This document shows, in pieces, positions 49,916 through 59,029 of a stretch of DNA of 64,000 nt. This DNA comes from an uncultured Actinomycetes bacterium (GTDB lineage Bacteria > Actinomycetota > UBA4738 > HRBIN12). A program made the translations under genes and the position numbers. Where the stretch lies: positions 1,760,001 through 1,824,000 of the forward strand of contig OY969934.1 of assembly GCA_963704725.1 (NCBI GenBank), written 5' to 3'. Numbering within the stretch: the stretch's first letter is position 1; every line of letters begins with the position of its first letter. A model generated the notes under the pieces. That model had not been told where the DNA came from. It made no database searches and was given only the letters and a program-made list of their open reading frames with translations.

Positions 49916-50557
49916 ATGGCGACCTTCGACCACGGCTCGTTGCGGCTCTGCGTCGTGACCTCGAGCGGCCTCGTGCCCGGGCGGGATCACCGCGACGTGG
50001 CGCTCGCGGCGCTCGAGGGCGGTGCCACGTCGATCCAGCTCCGGGCCCCGGAGCTCGACGACGATGCGCTCCGGCCGCTCGCGGCGGAGCTGGCGGAGCG
50101 CTGCGCTGGCGCCGGGGTCCTGTTCGTGGTGAACGACCGGGTGGAGGTGGCGGCGGCCGTCGGCGCCGGCGCACACGTGGGACAGGGCGACGAGCCCGGA
50201 GGCGCGCGGGCCGCGATCGGCGAGGCCTCGGTGCTCGGCATCAGCGTGGCGACCGTGGAGGAGGCCCTGTGGGCCGCGGCGGCGGGGGCCGACTACCTCG
50301 GTGTGACGGTGTGGGCGACGCGCACGAAGCCGGAGGCCACGCCGCAAGGCATCCACGGGCTCCGGGCCGTCGTCGACGCCACCCCCTTGCCGGTGATGGC
50401 CATCGGCGGGATCGACGCGCTGAACGCGCGCGAGGTGATCGAGGCTGGCGCAAGCGGCGTCGCCGTGATCTCGGCGGTCGGCGCGGCCGCCGATCCGGTC
50501 GGCGCCACCCGGGAGCTGATGGAGGCGGTGCGCGGCGCGCGGATGGAGGAGCGATGA
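49916..50557 (+). CDS. thiE: Thiamine-phosphate synthase
   Basis: IQLR, VVNDRV, HVGQGD, LGIS, GADYLG, T.TKP, AIGGI, GVAVISAV. Confidence 0.92.
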   Translation: MATFDHGSLRLCVVTSSGLVPGRDHRDVALAALEGGATSIQLRAPELDDDALRPLAAELAERCAGAGVLFVVNDRVEVAAAVGAGAHVGQGDEPGGARAAIGEASVLGISVATVEEALWAAAAGADYLGVTVWATRTKPEATPQGIHGLRAVVDATPLPVMAIGGIDALNAREVIEAGASGVAVISAVGAAADPVGATRELMEAVRGARMEER

Positions 50558-51627
50558 CGGAGCAGCGGACGGGCAAGGCCACGGCGGAGATGTTCGAGCG
50601 GGTGATCCTGCGCCGGCTGGGGGCGAGGGACCCCGACGTCCTGGTCGGACCGCGCCACGGCGTGGACGTGGGGGTCGTTCGGGTCGCGGACGGCGTGGCG
50701 ATGGCGCTGACGACAGACCCCGTGTTCGTCGTGCCGGCGTACGGGTGGGAGCGCGCCGCGTGGTTCGCCGTGCACATCCTGGCCTCGGACGCCGCCACGA
50801 GCGGCCTGCCGCTGCGATGGATGGCCGTCGACCTGAACCTGCCTCCGGAGATCACCGACGACGAGCTCACGTCGCTGTGGGACGCGTTCCACCGGGCGTG
50901 CGAGGGGATCGGGGTCGCCGTGGTGACCGGGCACACCGCTCGGTACGACGGCTGCGCCTGGCCCATGGTCGGCGGCGCGACGTGCATCGCGTCCGGGCCG
51001 CAGGACCGCTTCGTCACCCCCGAGATGGCCTCGGTGGGCGACCGCGTCATCGTGACCAAGGGCGCGGCGATCGAGGCCACGGCGCTGTTCGCCGCCACGT
51101 TCCCGGACCGCCTCGCCCGCGGCGTCGGCGACGACGTCGTGAAGGCCGCGGACGCGCTGTTCGAGCAGATGACGGTCGTGCCCGAGGCGACGGTGGCTCG
51201 GGAGTTCGGCCTCCGAGGCGACGGCGTGACGTCGATGCACGACGCCACGGAGGGGGGAGTGCTCGGCGGTCTGGCCGAGGTGGCGGCGGCCTCGGGGGTG
51301 GGCATGCGGGTCGACCTGGCCCGCGTGCCGGTCCGCCCGGAGGTCAAGGCGGTCTGCGACCACACGGGCATGGACCCCTACGCGTCGATCTCCGAGGGGA
51401 CCCTGATCGCGACCGTGGTGCCGCAGCGCGCCGAGGCCTTCCTGTCCGCGCTGGCCGCCGCGGGGATCGACGCCGCCGACGTGGGACTCGTGACCGAGGC
51501 CGCGTCCGGCCGTGTGCTCGTCACCGAGGAGGGCGAGCGCCCCCTCGAGCATCCGGGTCTGGACCCGTTCTGGGGCGCGTTCGGCCGGTGGGCCGAGGAG
51601 GCCGCCGGGATCGCCGCGGCCGGCTGA
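50554..51627 (+). CDS. AIR synthase (PurM/HypE/ThiL-fold) family protein
   Basis: GP..GVD.GV, TTDP, SDAATSG, TGHT, GDRVIVTKG, MHDATEGG, ISEGTL. Confidence 0.85.
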   Translation: MTEQRTGKATAEMFERVILRRLGARDPDVLVGPRHGVDVGVVRVADGVAMALTTDPVFVVPAYGWERAAWFAVHILASDAATSGLPLRWMAVDLNLPPEITDDELTSLWDAFHRACEGIGVAVVTGHTARYDGCAWPMVGGATCIASGPQDRFVTPEMASVGDRVIVTKGAAIEATALFAATFPDRLARGVGDDVVKAADALFEQMTVVPEATVAREFGLRGDGVTSMHDATEGGVLGGLAEVAAASGVGMRVDLARVPVRPEVKAVCDHTGMDPYASISEGTLIATVVPQRAEAFLSALAAAGIDAADVGLVTEAASGRVLVTEEGERPLEHPGLDPFWGAFGRWAEEAAGIAAAG

Positions 51628-51646
51628 GACCCCCGCGGCAGGACCG

Positions 51647-52210
51647 TCACACGTAATCCCGAGGGGGACGCGCACGGCGAGCCTTCGCGGGGAGGAACTC
51701 CTCGGCCAGGACGGCGTACCGGACGTGGTCGCGCCACCTGCCGCCGATCTTCAGGTAGCGCGGGGAGTAGCCCTCCCGGCGGAACCCCAGACGCTCGACG
51801 AGCGCGATCGAGCGGTCGTTGCCCGGTTGCACGTTGGCTTCGACACGGTGCAGCCTCATCGGGCCGAACGCCTCTCGGAGGACGAGCCGAAGTCCCTCGG
51901 TCATGTGTCCCCGGCCCTCGAACGGGGTGAACGCTGCATAGCCCAGATACGCGCTCCGGAAGTCGCCGAGGACCATCTGGCTGAGGTTGGCCATCCCCGC
52001 GATCGCGTCGTCCTCCCGCCGCACTACCAGGAACAGCGCGTTGGTCGGTGACTCGGCCCTCGCGACGAGCTCGGCGAAACGCTCCCGCGTCTCGGGAGGA
52101 CGGATCCACCGGCCGTGCAGGGCGCGGCTCGCCCGGACGCGCGCGATGAACGCCTCCTCGTCGTCGCGACGCAGAGGGCGGATCCGCACGCGGAAGGGCG
52201 AGTTCGGCAT
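51647..52210 (-). CDS. RimJ/RimL-type GNAT acetyltransferase
   Basis: SAYLGY...GRGHMTEG...LHRVEANVQPGN.RS..LVERLGFRREG. Confidence 0.88.
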   Translation of the reverse strand: MPNSPFRVRIRPLRRDDEEAFIARVRASRALHGRWIRPPETRERFAELVARAESPTNALFLVVRREDDAIAGMANLSQMVLGDFRSAYLGYAAFTPFEGRGHMTEGLRLVLREAFGPMRLHRVEANVQPGNDRSIALVERLGFRREGYSPRYLKIGGRWRDHVRYAVLAEEFLPAKARRARPPRDYV

Positions 52211-52273
52211 CGCCGGCAACGGTACCCGGACCGTCGACCCGGAGGCCCACCCGCGACCGGATAGGGTTCGGCC

Positions 52274-53155
52274 GTGGACGTGGTGACGGTGGGGGACGTG
52301 ATGCTCGACGTGCGCGTGCAGGCCGAGGCGCTCGAGGAGGGCGGCGACGTGCACGGGCGGGTCCTGGTGCGCCCGGGCGGGAGCTCCTCGAACGCCGCGG
52401 TCTGGGCGGCGCACGCCGGGGCCCGGGCCCGGGTCCACGGGCGGGTGGGGGCCGACACGGCCGGGGCCCTGATCCGCGACGAGCTGATCCACCGCGGCGT
52501 CGAGCCGGCCCTGGTCGTCGACCGGGATGCGGACACCGGCACGATGCTCGTCGTGCACGAGCCCGGGGAGCGCTCCATGGTGGCCGACCGCGGCGCGAAC
52601 GGCCGGCTCGGGCCCCGCGACCTGCCCGAGCGGTTGGAGGCCGCCGCGGTCCTCGTCTCCGGCTACCTGCTCCTGTACGAGCCGACGTTCGCCGCCGCCA
52701 GGGCCGCGCTCGAGCGGGCCTCGGCCCGCTTCCTCGCCGTCGACGCCGCGTCGTGGCCGATGCTCCGCGACTTCGGTGTCGATCGGTTCTTCGACGTGAC
52801 GGCCGCGGCCAACACGATCTTCCTGAACGAGCGGGAGGCCGAGATCCTCACGGGCCGCCGAGGGGAGGACGCGGCGGACGCCCTGTCGGACCGGTTCCGG
52901 GTCGTCTGCGTCAAGCTCGGGGAGGCCGGCGCGGTGATGTCCTGGGAGGGTCTCGTGATCCGCTTCGGGGGCACCACGATCCGCGAGGTCGACCCCACGG
53001 GCGCGGGGGACGCGTTCGACGGCGTGCTGCTGGCGCAGCTCGCGGCGGGTCGCTCGCCGGGCGACGCGCTGCACGCGGCGTGCCGGGCGGGGGCGGTCGT
53101 CGCGTCCAGCTACGAGACGTGGCCGGAACGCCGGTCCGAGGTCGCGCCGGGATGA
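52274..53155 (+). CDS. PfkB family kinase (probable pseudouridine kinase)
   Basis: PGGSSSNAA, GRVGAD, NEREA, DPTGAGDAF; coupled to psuG. Confidence 0.85.
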   Translation: MDVVTVGDVMLDVRVQAEALEEGGDVHGRVLVRPGGSSSNAAVWAAHAGARARVHGRVGADTAGALIRDELIHRGVEPALVVDRDADTGTMLVVHEPGERSMVADRGANGRLGPRDLPERLEAAAVLVSGYLLLYEPTFAAARAALERASARFLAVDAASWPMLRDFGVDRFFDVTAAANTIFLNEREAEILTGRRGEDAADALSDRFRVVCVKLGEAGAVMSWEGLVIRFGGTTIREVDPTGAGDAFDGVLLAQLAAGRSPGDALHAACRAGAVVASSYETWPERRSEVAPG

Positions 53156-54060
53156 CCGTCTCGCCGTCCGAGGAGGTCGAAGGGGCGCTTCGGGGCGACG
53201 GCGCGGTCGTCGCGCTCGAGACGAGCGTGGTCGCGCAGGGCCTGCCCCCGCCGCGCAACCTCGAGTGCGTGGAGCGCATGTCGGTCGCCGTCCGAGCGGC
53301 CGGTGCCGTCCCGGCCTGGATCGGGATCGTGGACGGCCGGGTCCGGGTCGGGCTCTCCGAGGCCGAGCTCCGGGCGTTCGCCGAGCCGGGAGCCGCGGCG
53401 AAGGTGGCCCGGCGTGACGTGCCGTTCGCCGTGGCGGGGGGCGGCCTCGGCGCGACCACGGTGTCCACGACGATCTGGGCGGCGAGCAGGATCGGGATCA
53501 TGGTCGCCGCGACCGGGGGGATCGGCGGCGTGCATCCGGGGACCGGCGACGTCTCGGCCGATCTCGTCGAGCTCTCTCGGACCCCGATCGTGCTCGTGTG
53601 CTCGGGGCCGAAGTCGATCGTCGACCCGGTGGCCACGGCCGAGCGCCTCGAGGAGCTCGGCGTCGCCGTCGTCGGCTACCGATGCGACCGGCTCCCGTTC
53701 TTCGTCGCGCTCGATGCCGGGGTCGAGCTCGACCAGCGTGTCGACGACCCCGCGTCAGCAGCCCGGCTCGCGGCCGCCCTGCGTGCGACGGGGGCGCCGG
53801 CGGGGATCGTGATCGCCAACCCGGTCCCCGACAGGGTGGCGATGGACGGCGCCGAGGTGGCGCGGGCGGTGCGCGAGTGCGAGGAGGCCGCGACTCGGGA
53901 CGGCGTGCGAGGCAAGGCCGTGACCCCGTTCCTGCTCTCGTGCCTCGCCGAGCGGACCGGCGGCCGGAGCCTCGAGGCGAACCTTGCGCTGCTCGAGTCG
54001 AACGCTCGGCTGGCCGGGGAGATGGCTAGCGCAGCCAGGTCTTCGCGATCGCCTTCGTGA
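53152..54060 (+). CDS. psuG: Pseudouridine-5'-phosphate glycosidase
   Basis: VALETSVVAQGLP.PRN, ATTVS, ATGGIGGVH, DVSADL.EL, GKAVTPFLL, SLEAN. Confidence 0.92.
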   Translation: MTVSPSEEVEGALRGDGAVVALETSVVAQGLPPPRNLECVERMSVAVRAAGAVPAWIGIVDGRVRVGLSEAELRAFAEPGAAAKVARRDVPFAVAGGGLGATTVSTTIWAASRIGIMVAATGGIGGVHPGTGDVSADLVELSRTPIVLVCSGPKSIVDPVATAERLEELGVAVVGYRCDRLPFFVALDAGVELDQRVDDPASAARLAAALRATGAPAGIVIANPVPDRVAMDGAEVARAVRECEEAATRDGVRGKAVTPFLLSCLAERTGGRSLEANLALLESNARLAGEMASAARSSRSPS

Positions 54061-55072
54061 AGTACCAGGCGTAGCGGAGCGACTTCGGCTTCTTCGACTC
54101 GCCGCCGCGGCGCGTGAGGAACGTGACCGGGACCTCGACGATCCGCGCGTGCTGGCGGAGCGCCTCGATCGTCACCTCCGACGTCCAGAACTGGTCCTGC
54201 TCCAGGATCAGCTTGCGCAGGGTGTCGGCCCGCGTGGCCCGGTAGCCGCTCGAGATATCGGTGACCCGCTGCCCCGTCAGGAGCGTCACGACCCACGAGA
54301 AGAAGTGGACGCCGAGGTGGCGGACCCACGGCCCTCGTTCGTAGTCGCCGAGCATCCGCGATCCGTTCACATGATCGGCCTGGCCCTCCACGATCGGCTT
54401 GATGAGGGTGGAGAGCTCCTCCGGCTGGTGCTGCCCGTCCGCGTCCATCGAGACGACGATGTCCGCGCCGAGCCTCAGCGCGATGTCGTAGCCCACGCGC
54501 AGCGCGAGGCCGCCCCCGCGGCGCACCGGCAGGCTGGTCACCAGGGCGCCGGCGGCCCGTGCCACCTCGGCGGTCCCGTCGTCCGAGCGGTCGTCGACCA
54601 GGATCGGCACGACGACGTGTCCCTCCACCTCCGACGGCATGGCGTGGATCACCGCGCCCACGTTCTCGGCCTCGTTGTAGGCGGGCGAGATGACGACGAT
54701 CCGCTTGCCCTGGGGGATCTCCGCGGCCCGGTCCCAGTCGAAGGCGGACTGGCCGATCGATTCGACGAGCAGCCGGACGTTGCGCTCGGTCGTGTCGACG
54801 TAGGACTGCATCCGCAACAGGAGCAGGAACAGGATGGCCACGGCCACCAGCAGGACCGCGGTGAGCCGGAGCCCCGTCCCCGGCTCGAAGTTGAAGGTCT
54901 CGAAGATCGGGTTGAACAGGTTCGGCGCAACCGCCAGCAGGATGACCCCGGCGGCGATCGCGGCCGAGATGATAAGGCTCAGGCGGCTGATGCCCCGCCG
55001 CCGGTAGCGCGCGATCGAGGCTGCGAAGAACGCCACCGCCAGCAGGGCACCGATGGTGCGGAGCGCGACCAC
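54026..55072 (-). CDS. DUF2304-like membrane domain fused to GT2 (DPM1-like) glycosyltransferase
   Basis: Three N-terminal TM helices, then PAYNEAEN, VDDRSDDGT, DADGQH, GSR, TDISSGYRA. Confidence 0.85.
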   Translation of the reverse strand: MVALRTIGALLAVAFFAASIARYRRRGISRLSLIISAAIAAGVILLAVAPNLFNPIFETFNFEPGTGLRLTAVLLVAVAILFLLLLRMQSYVDTTERNVRLLVESIGQSAFDWDRAAEIPQGKRIVVISPAYNEAENVGAVIHAMPSEVEGHVVVPILVDDRSDDGTAEVARAAGALVTSLPVRRGGGLALRVGYDIALRLGADIVVSMDADGQHQPEELSTLIKPIVEGQADHVNGSRMLGDYERGPWVRHLGVHFFSWVVTLLTGQRVTDISSGYRATRADTLRKLILEQDQFWTSEVTIEALRQHARIVEVPVTFLTRRGGESKKPKSLRYAWYFTKAIAKTWLR

Positions 55073-55073
55073 G

Positions 55074-56249
55074 TCAGGTGGGCGAGCCCTCGCGGACGCG
55101 GCGCCAGCGCGTCGCCGGCATGATGTGGTCGGGGATCACGCGATCGCGGTAGCGCTCGATCGCCGCGAACATCGATTCGATGAGGGTCTCGGAGAGCAGG
55201 TGGGGCTGCAGGCCGAGGTCGAGCAGCTTGGTGTGCGCGGCGTGGTAGTAGTGGTCCTCGAGCTCGACCCGCGGGTTCTCCAGGTGCTCGACCTTCACGT
55301 CGATGCCCACCTCAGCCCCGGCCTTGCGCACGTGCTCGGCCAGCTCCATGATCGAGAACTGCTCGGTGAACTGGTTGAAGACGCGGTACTCGCCGGCCTC
55401 GGGCGGGTTGAGCGCGGCGAGCTCCACGCACTGGATCGTGTCGAGGATGTTGAGGTAGCCACGCGTCTGCCCCCCCGTGCCGTACGCCGTCAGGGGGTGG
55501 CCGATCACGGCCTGGAGACAGAACCGGTTGAGGGCCGTCCCGAAGACCTCGTCGTAGTCGAACCGCGTGAGGAGGCGCTCGTCGAGCATGGTCTCCTCGG
55601 TCTCGATCCCGTACACCACGCCCTGGTTCAGGTCGGTCGAGCGAAGTCCCCAGATCCGGCAGGCGAAGTGGATGTTGTGCGAGTCGTGCACCTTCGTCAG
55701 GTGGTACATCGAGCCGGGGAGCTTCGGGAAGGGCAGCGTGTCGCTGCGGTCCTTGTGGCGGATCTCGATGAACCCCTCTTCGATGTCGATGTTGGGCGTC
55801 CCGTACTCGCCCATCGTGCCGAGCTTGACCAGGTGCGCGTCGGGCGCGAGCTCGGCCATCGCGTAGAGCACGTTGAGGGTACCGACGACGTTGTTGGTCT
55901 GGGTGAACACCGCGTGAGCGCGATCGATCATCGAATAGGGCGCGCTCGGCATCTCGCCGTAGTGGACGATCGCCTCGGGGCGGAACTCGGAGAAGACCCG
56001 CTGCACCACGGCCCAGTCGGTGAGGTCGCCTTCGGTGACGCCGATCTCGAGACCCGTGACCTCGCGGAAGGCCTCGGCGCGAGCCGGCAGGGACGCCCCG
56101 ATCGGCGTGAGCGAGTCGGTGCCGGCCTCGGCGTGGGCCTTGCGGCGCAGGTAGTCGTCGATCGCGTGGACCTCGTGGCCGCGCCGGGCGAAGTGCATCG
56201 ACGTGGGCCACCCGAGGTAGCCGTCGCCGCCGAGGATCAGGATGCGCAT
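55074..56249 (-). CDS. sqdB: UDP-sulfoquinovose synthase
   Basis: LGGDGYLGWPT, SAPYSM, HLVKLGTMGEYG, YHLTKVHD, TDLNQGVVYG, RFDYD..FGTALNRF. Confidence 0.92.
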   Translation of the reverse strand: MRILILGGDGYLGWPTSMHFARRGHEVHAIDDYLRRKAHAEAGTDSLTPIGASLPARAEAFREVTGLEIGVTEGDLTDWAVVQRVFSEFRPEAIVHYGEMPSAPYSMIDRAHAVFTQTNNVVGTLNVLYAMAELAPDAHLVKLGTMGEYGTPNIDIEEGFIEIRHKDRSDTLPFPKLPGSMYHLTKVHDSHNIHFACRIWGLRSTDLNQGVVYGIETEETMLDERLLTRFDYDEVFGTALNRFCLQAVIGHPLTAYGTGGQTRGYLNILDTIQCVELAALNPPEAGEYRVFNQFTEQFSIMELAEHVRKAGAEVGIDVKVEHLENPRVELEDHYYHAAHTKLLDLGLQPHLLSETLIESMFAAIERYRDRVIPDHIMPATRWRRVREGSPT

Positions 56250-56311
56250 GATCGCCTCTCTCGCAGGTGGTGGAGAGCGGCCATCCTAGCAACGCGGCCC
56301 GCAGGTCCGGC

Positions 56312-57541
56312 TCAGGCCAGCGCCGCGAGCTCCTCGAGGACCCGGTCGACCTCGGCCGGCGTGTTGTAGTGCGTGAAGCCGATCCGGACCGCGCCGCCCG
56401 TCTCCTGCAGGCCGAGCCGCTCCATCACCTCGAGCGCGTAGTAGTTCCCGTCCCACACGAACACACCGCGCTCGCCGAGGGCCTTGGCCGTCTCGGCGGG
56501 ATGCTGGTCGCCCACGCGCACCGCGAAGGTGGGGGTGCGCTCGCCGATGCGATCGACGTCGGCGATCCCGTACAGCCGGACGCCGGGGACCCGGCGGACG
56601 CCCTCGAGGAACCGGCGCGCCAGCTCCGCCTCCCACGGGACGATCGCTCGCGCGAACGCCTCGCCCACCGCGGCCCTGCGGTCGGAGGCCGCGCCGGCGA
56701 GGCCGGCCAGGTAGCCGACCGCGGCGATCCATCCGGCCATGCCCTCGTGGTTCTGGGTCCCCGTCTCGAACGCGAACGGGAGCTCGTCGCTGGCCGGCCG
56801 CACCTTGTACGGCATCAGCCGGGAAAGCAGCTCCCGGCGCCCGAACAGGATCCCCAGGTGCGGGCCGAAGATCTTGTACGGCGAGCAGGCCACCAGGTCG
56901 GCGCCGATGGCCCGGACGTCGATCCGCCGGTGCTGCGCGAGGTGCACGCCGTCGCACGCGACGATCGCCTCGGTCCGCTCGTGGACGAGCCGCGTGAGCT
57001 CGGCCGCCGGCGTGATCGTCCCGACGGCGTTCGAGGCGAGGGTGAACGCGACGACCTTCGTGCGGTCGGACAGCGCGGCCTCGAACGACCCCAGGTCCAG
57101 CGTGACATCGTCCTCGATCAGATCGACCCACCGGACCTGTGCCCCGGCGTCCTCGGCCGCGAGGACCCACGGCCGAACGTTCGCGTCGTGATCGAGCCGC
57201 GTCACGACGACCTCGTCGCCCGGTCCGAGCGTTCGTCCGATCGAACGCGAGATCGCCAGCAACAGCGTGGTCGCGTTGGGCCCGAACACGACCTCGTCCG
57301 CGTCGGCGTTCAACAGGTCGGCCGCCGCCCGATGGGACTCGGCGACCACGTCGTCGGTCTCCTGGCTCGTGGCGAACGCGCCGTGGGTGTTCGAGTTGCT
57401 CCGGCCGAGGTAGCCGGCCATCGCTTCGATCACTGCTGCCGGGACCTGCGAGCCGCCCGGCGCGTCCACGAACACGATGGGGCGTCCGTCCATCTCACGA
57501 GCGAGGGAAGGGAAGCCCGCCCGGACACCAGAGAGGTCCAT
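56312..57541 (-). CDS. Cysteine desulfurase-like class V aminotransferase (Rv3778c-like)
   Basis: DAPGGSQVP, LDHDANVRPW, ASNAVGT, CSPYKIFGPH, ETGT, GNYYA. Confidence 0.85.
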   Translation of the reverse strand: MDLSGVRAGFPSLAREMDGRPIVFVDAPGGSQVPAAVIEAMAGYLGRSNSNTHGAFATSQETDDVVAESHRAAADLLNADADEVVFGPNATTLLLAISRSIGRTLGPGDEVVVTRLDHDANVRPWVLAAEDAGAQVRWVDLIEDDVTLDLGSFEAALSDRTKVVAFTLASNAVGTITPAAELTRLVHERTEAIVACDGVHLAQHRRIDVRAIGADLVACSPYKIFGPHLGILFGRRELLSRLMPYKVRPASDELPFAFETGTQNHEGMAGWIAAVGYLAGLAGAASDRRAAVGEAFARAIVPWEAELARRFLEGVRRVPGVRLYGIADVDRIGERTPTFAVRVGDQHPAETAKALGERGVFVWDGNYYALEVMERLGLQETGGAVRIGFTHYNTPAEVDRVLEELAALA

Positions 57542-57592
57542 CGCCGCCTAGACTCGCCGACGCGCCCGCTGCCGACAACCCCGGAGGTGACC

Positions 57593-58417
57593 GTGCGGTT
57601 CGGACTCGACGTCGCCCAGCACCAGCTGACCTGGGAGGAGATCCTCCGCCGGACCGTCTTGGCCGAGGAGGCCGGGTTCGACGGCGTCTGGGTGTTCGAC
57701 CACTTCACCGCGCTGTACGCGGATCCCGACGGGCCCTGCCTGGAGGGGTGGACCCTGCTCGCAGCGCTCGCCGCGGCCACGTCACGCATCCGGCTGGGAA
57801 CGCTCGTCACCGGCATGACGCATCGACACCCGTCGGTGCTGGCGACCGAGGTCGTGACGGTCGACCACGTGAGCGGAGGTCGCGTCGAGTGCGCCGTGGG
57901 TGCCGCGTGGAACGTCGAGGAGCACCGGGAGCTGGGGATCCCGTTCCCGTCGACGAGGGAGCGCATGGAGCGGCTCGAGGAGGGCGTGCAGGTCCTGCGA
58001 CTCCTGATGAGCGGCGAGCGCGCGTCGTTCGACGGCCGGCACCACCGCCTCGATGCCGCGCTCTACCGTCCCGCGCCGGTGCAGCGGCCCACGCCGCCGA
58101 TCTGGATCGGCGCCGCGGGACGGAGGCTGGCCCTTCCCATCGTCGGCCGCCGCGCGGACGTCTGGCACACCTACGGCGGCAACTACGGCGCGAAGTGGGA
58201 TGTCGTCCGTCGAGCCGCGGAGAAGGCGGGACGGGATCCCGCGTCGATCCTGCGCGCCTCGAGCCTGTCGATCAGCGAGCCGTGGGATGTGGTCCGCCGG
58301 GCGTTCGACGCCCACGTCGCGAACGGCGTCTCCTACCTCGTCGTGGAGTGGCCGAGCGAGGGTCGGGGTCGCCTCGACGAGTTCGTCGAGCGCGTCATGC
58401 CGGCGCTCGGAGGCTAG
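57593..58417 (+). CDS. LLM-class (possibly F420-dependent) oxidoreductase
   Basis: GFDGVWVFDHF, EGWTLLAALAA, TVDHVSGGR, PPIWIG; GTG after GGAGG. Confidence 0.85.
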   Translation: MRFGLDVAQHQLTWEEILRRTVLAEEAGFDGVWVFDHFTALYADPDGPCLEGWTLLAALAAATSRIRLGTLVTGMTHRHPSVLATEVVTVDHVSGGRVECAVGAAWNVEEHRELGIPFPSTRERMERLEEGVQVLRLLMSGERASFDGRHHRLDAALYRPAPVQRPTPPIWIGAAGRRLALPIVGRRADVWHTYGGNYGAKWDVVRRAAEKAGRDPASILRASSLSISEPWDVVRRAFDAHVANGVSYLVVEWPSEGRGRLDEFVERVMPALGG

Positions 58418-59025
58418 ATCCGGTCCCAGCCCGGCGGCAGGACCGGGGCAAGCCAGGACGGGTCGGGGCGCCAGTCGGCCCACTCGCGGTCGAAGGGCGG
58501 CTCGCGCTCGAGGACCCGGCGCAGGCCGGCCTCGCCCTGCATCCGGAACGCCTCGGCGTTGGTTTCCGTGTAGACGCCGAGCGCGATGCCCTCGGCGACG
58601 TCCTCCTCGTCCTTCCATCGCCACGACGACCGGTCGGGCTCGATCACGACGTCGAGGTCGTGGTCGAGGGTGTCGAATCCAACCTCGGAGCGCCGCAGCG
58701 GCGCCTCCACGTTCACGTACCAGCTCCGCGGCCGCCATCGCTCGTCCCAGAAGTGGAGCACCGCGTGGCCGGCCCCGGGCCAGGCGAACGACAGGACGTG
58801 CGCCTCGGACCACCGTCGCTCGACGAGCGTCCACTCGGCGCCCGGCGCCTTCAGCCGGATCGCGCCCTCGTGCGACGGCGGTCCGAACCACGTCGTCCCG
58901 ATCGGGATGTAGAACATCCAGCCGTCGTCGTCATCGAGCGCCACCGTGACCGGGCGCGCCGCCCAGATCCGGCCCCAGAGCACGTCGCGCAGCGCGACGG
59001 CCTCGCCGGGCTCGAATCGGCGCAC
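58414..59025 (-). CDS. DUF402 (FomD-like) domain protein
   Basis: WYVNVE.P...DTLDHDLDVVI...WKDEED. Confidence 0.8.
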   Translation of the reverse strand: MRRFEPGEAVALRDVLWGRIWAARPVTVALDDDDGWMFYIPIGTTWFGPPSHEGAIRLKAPGAEWTLVERRWSEAHVLSFAWPGAGHAVLHFWDERWRPRSWYVNVEAPLRRSEVGFDTLDHDLDVVIEPDRSSWRWKDEEDVAEGIALGVYTETNAEAFRMQGEAGLRRVLEREPPFDREWADWRPDPSWLAPVLPPGWDRI

Positions 59026-59029
59026 GGCC

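Noticed and set aside
50554-51627. Hydrogenase maturation factor HypE
   Set aside because: No C-terminal PRIC cysteine and no hyp or hydrogenase genes; it lies in a TPP-riboswitch operon
54026-54060. 35-bp convergent overlap of psuG and the GT2 gene as an antisense regulator
   Set aside because: Short tail-to-tail overlaps are common in compact high-GC genomes and recur elsewhere in this window
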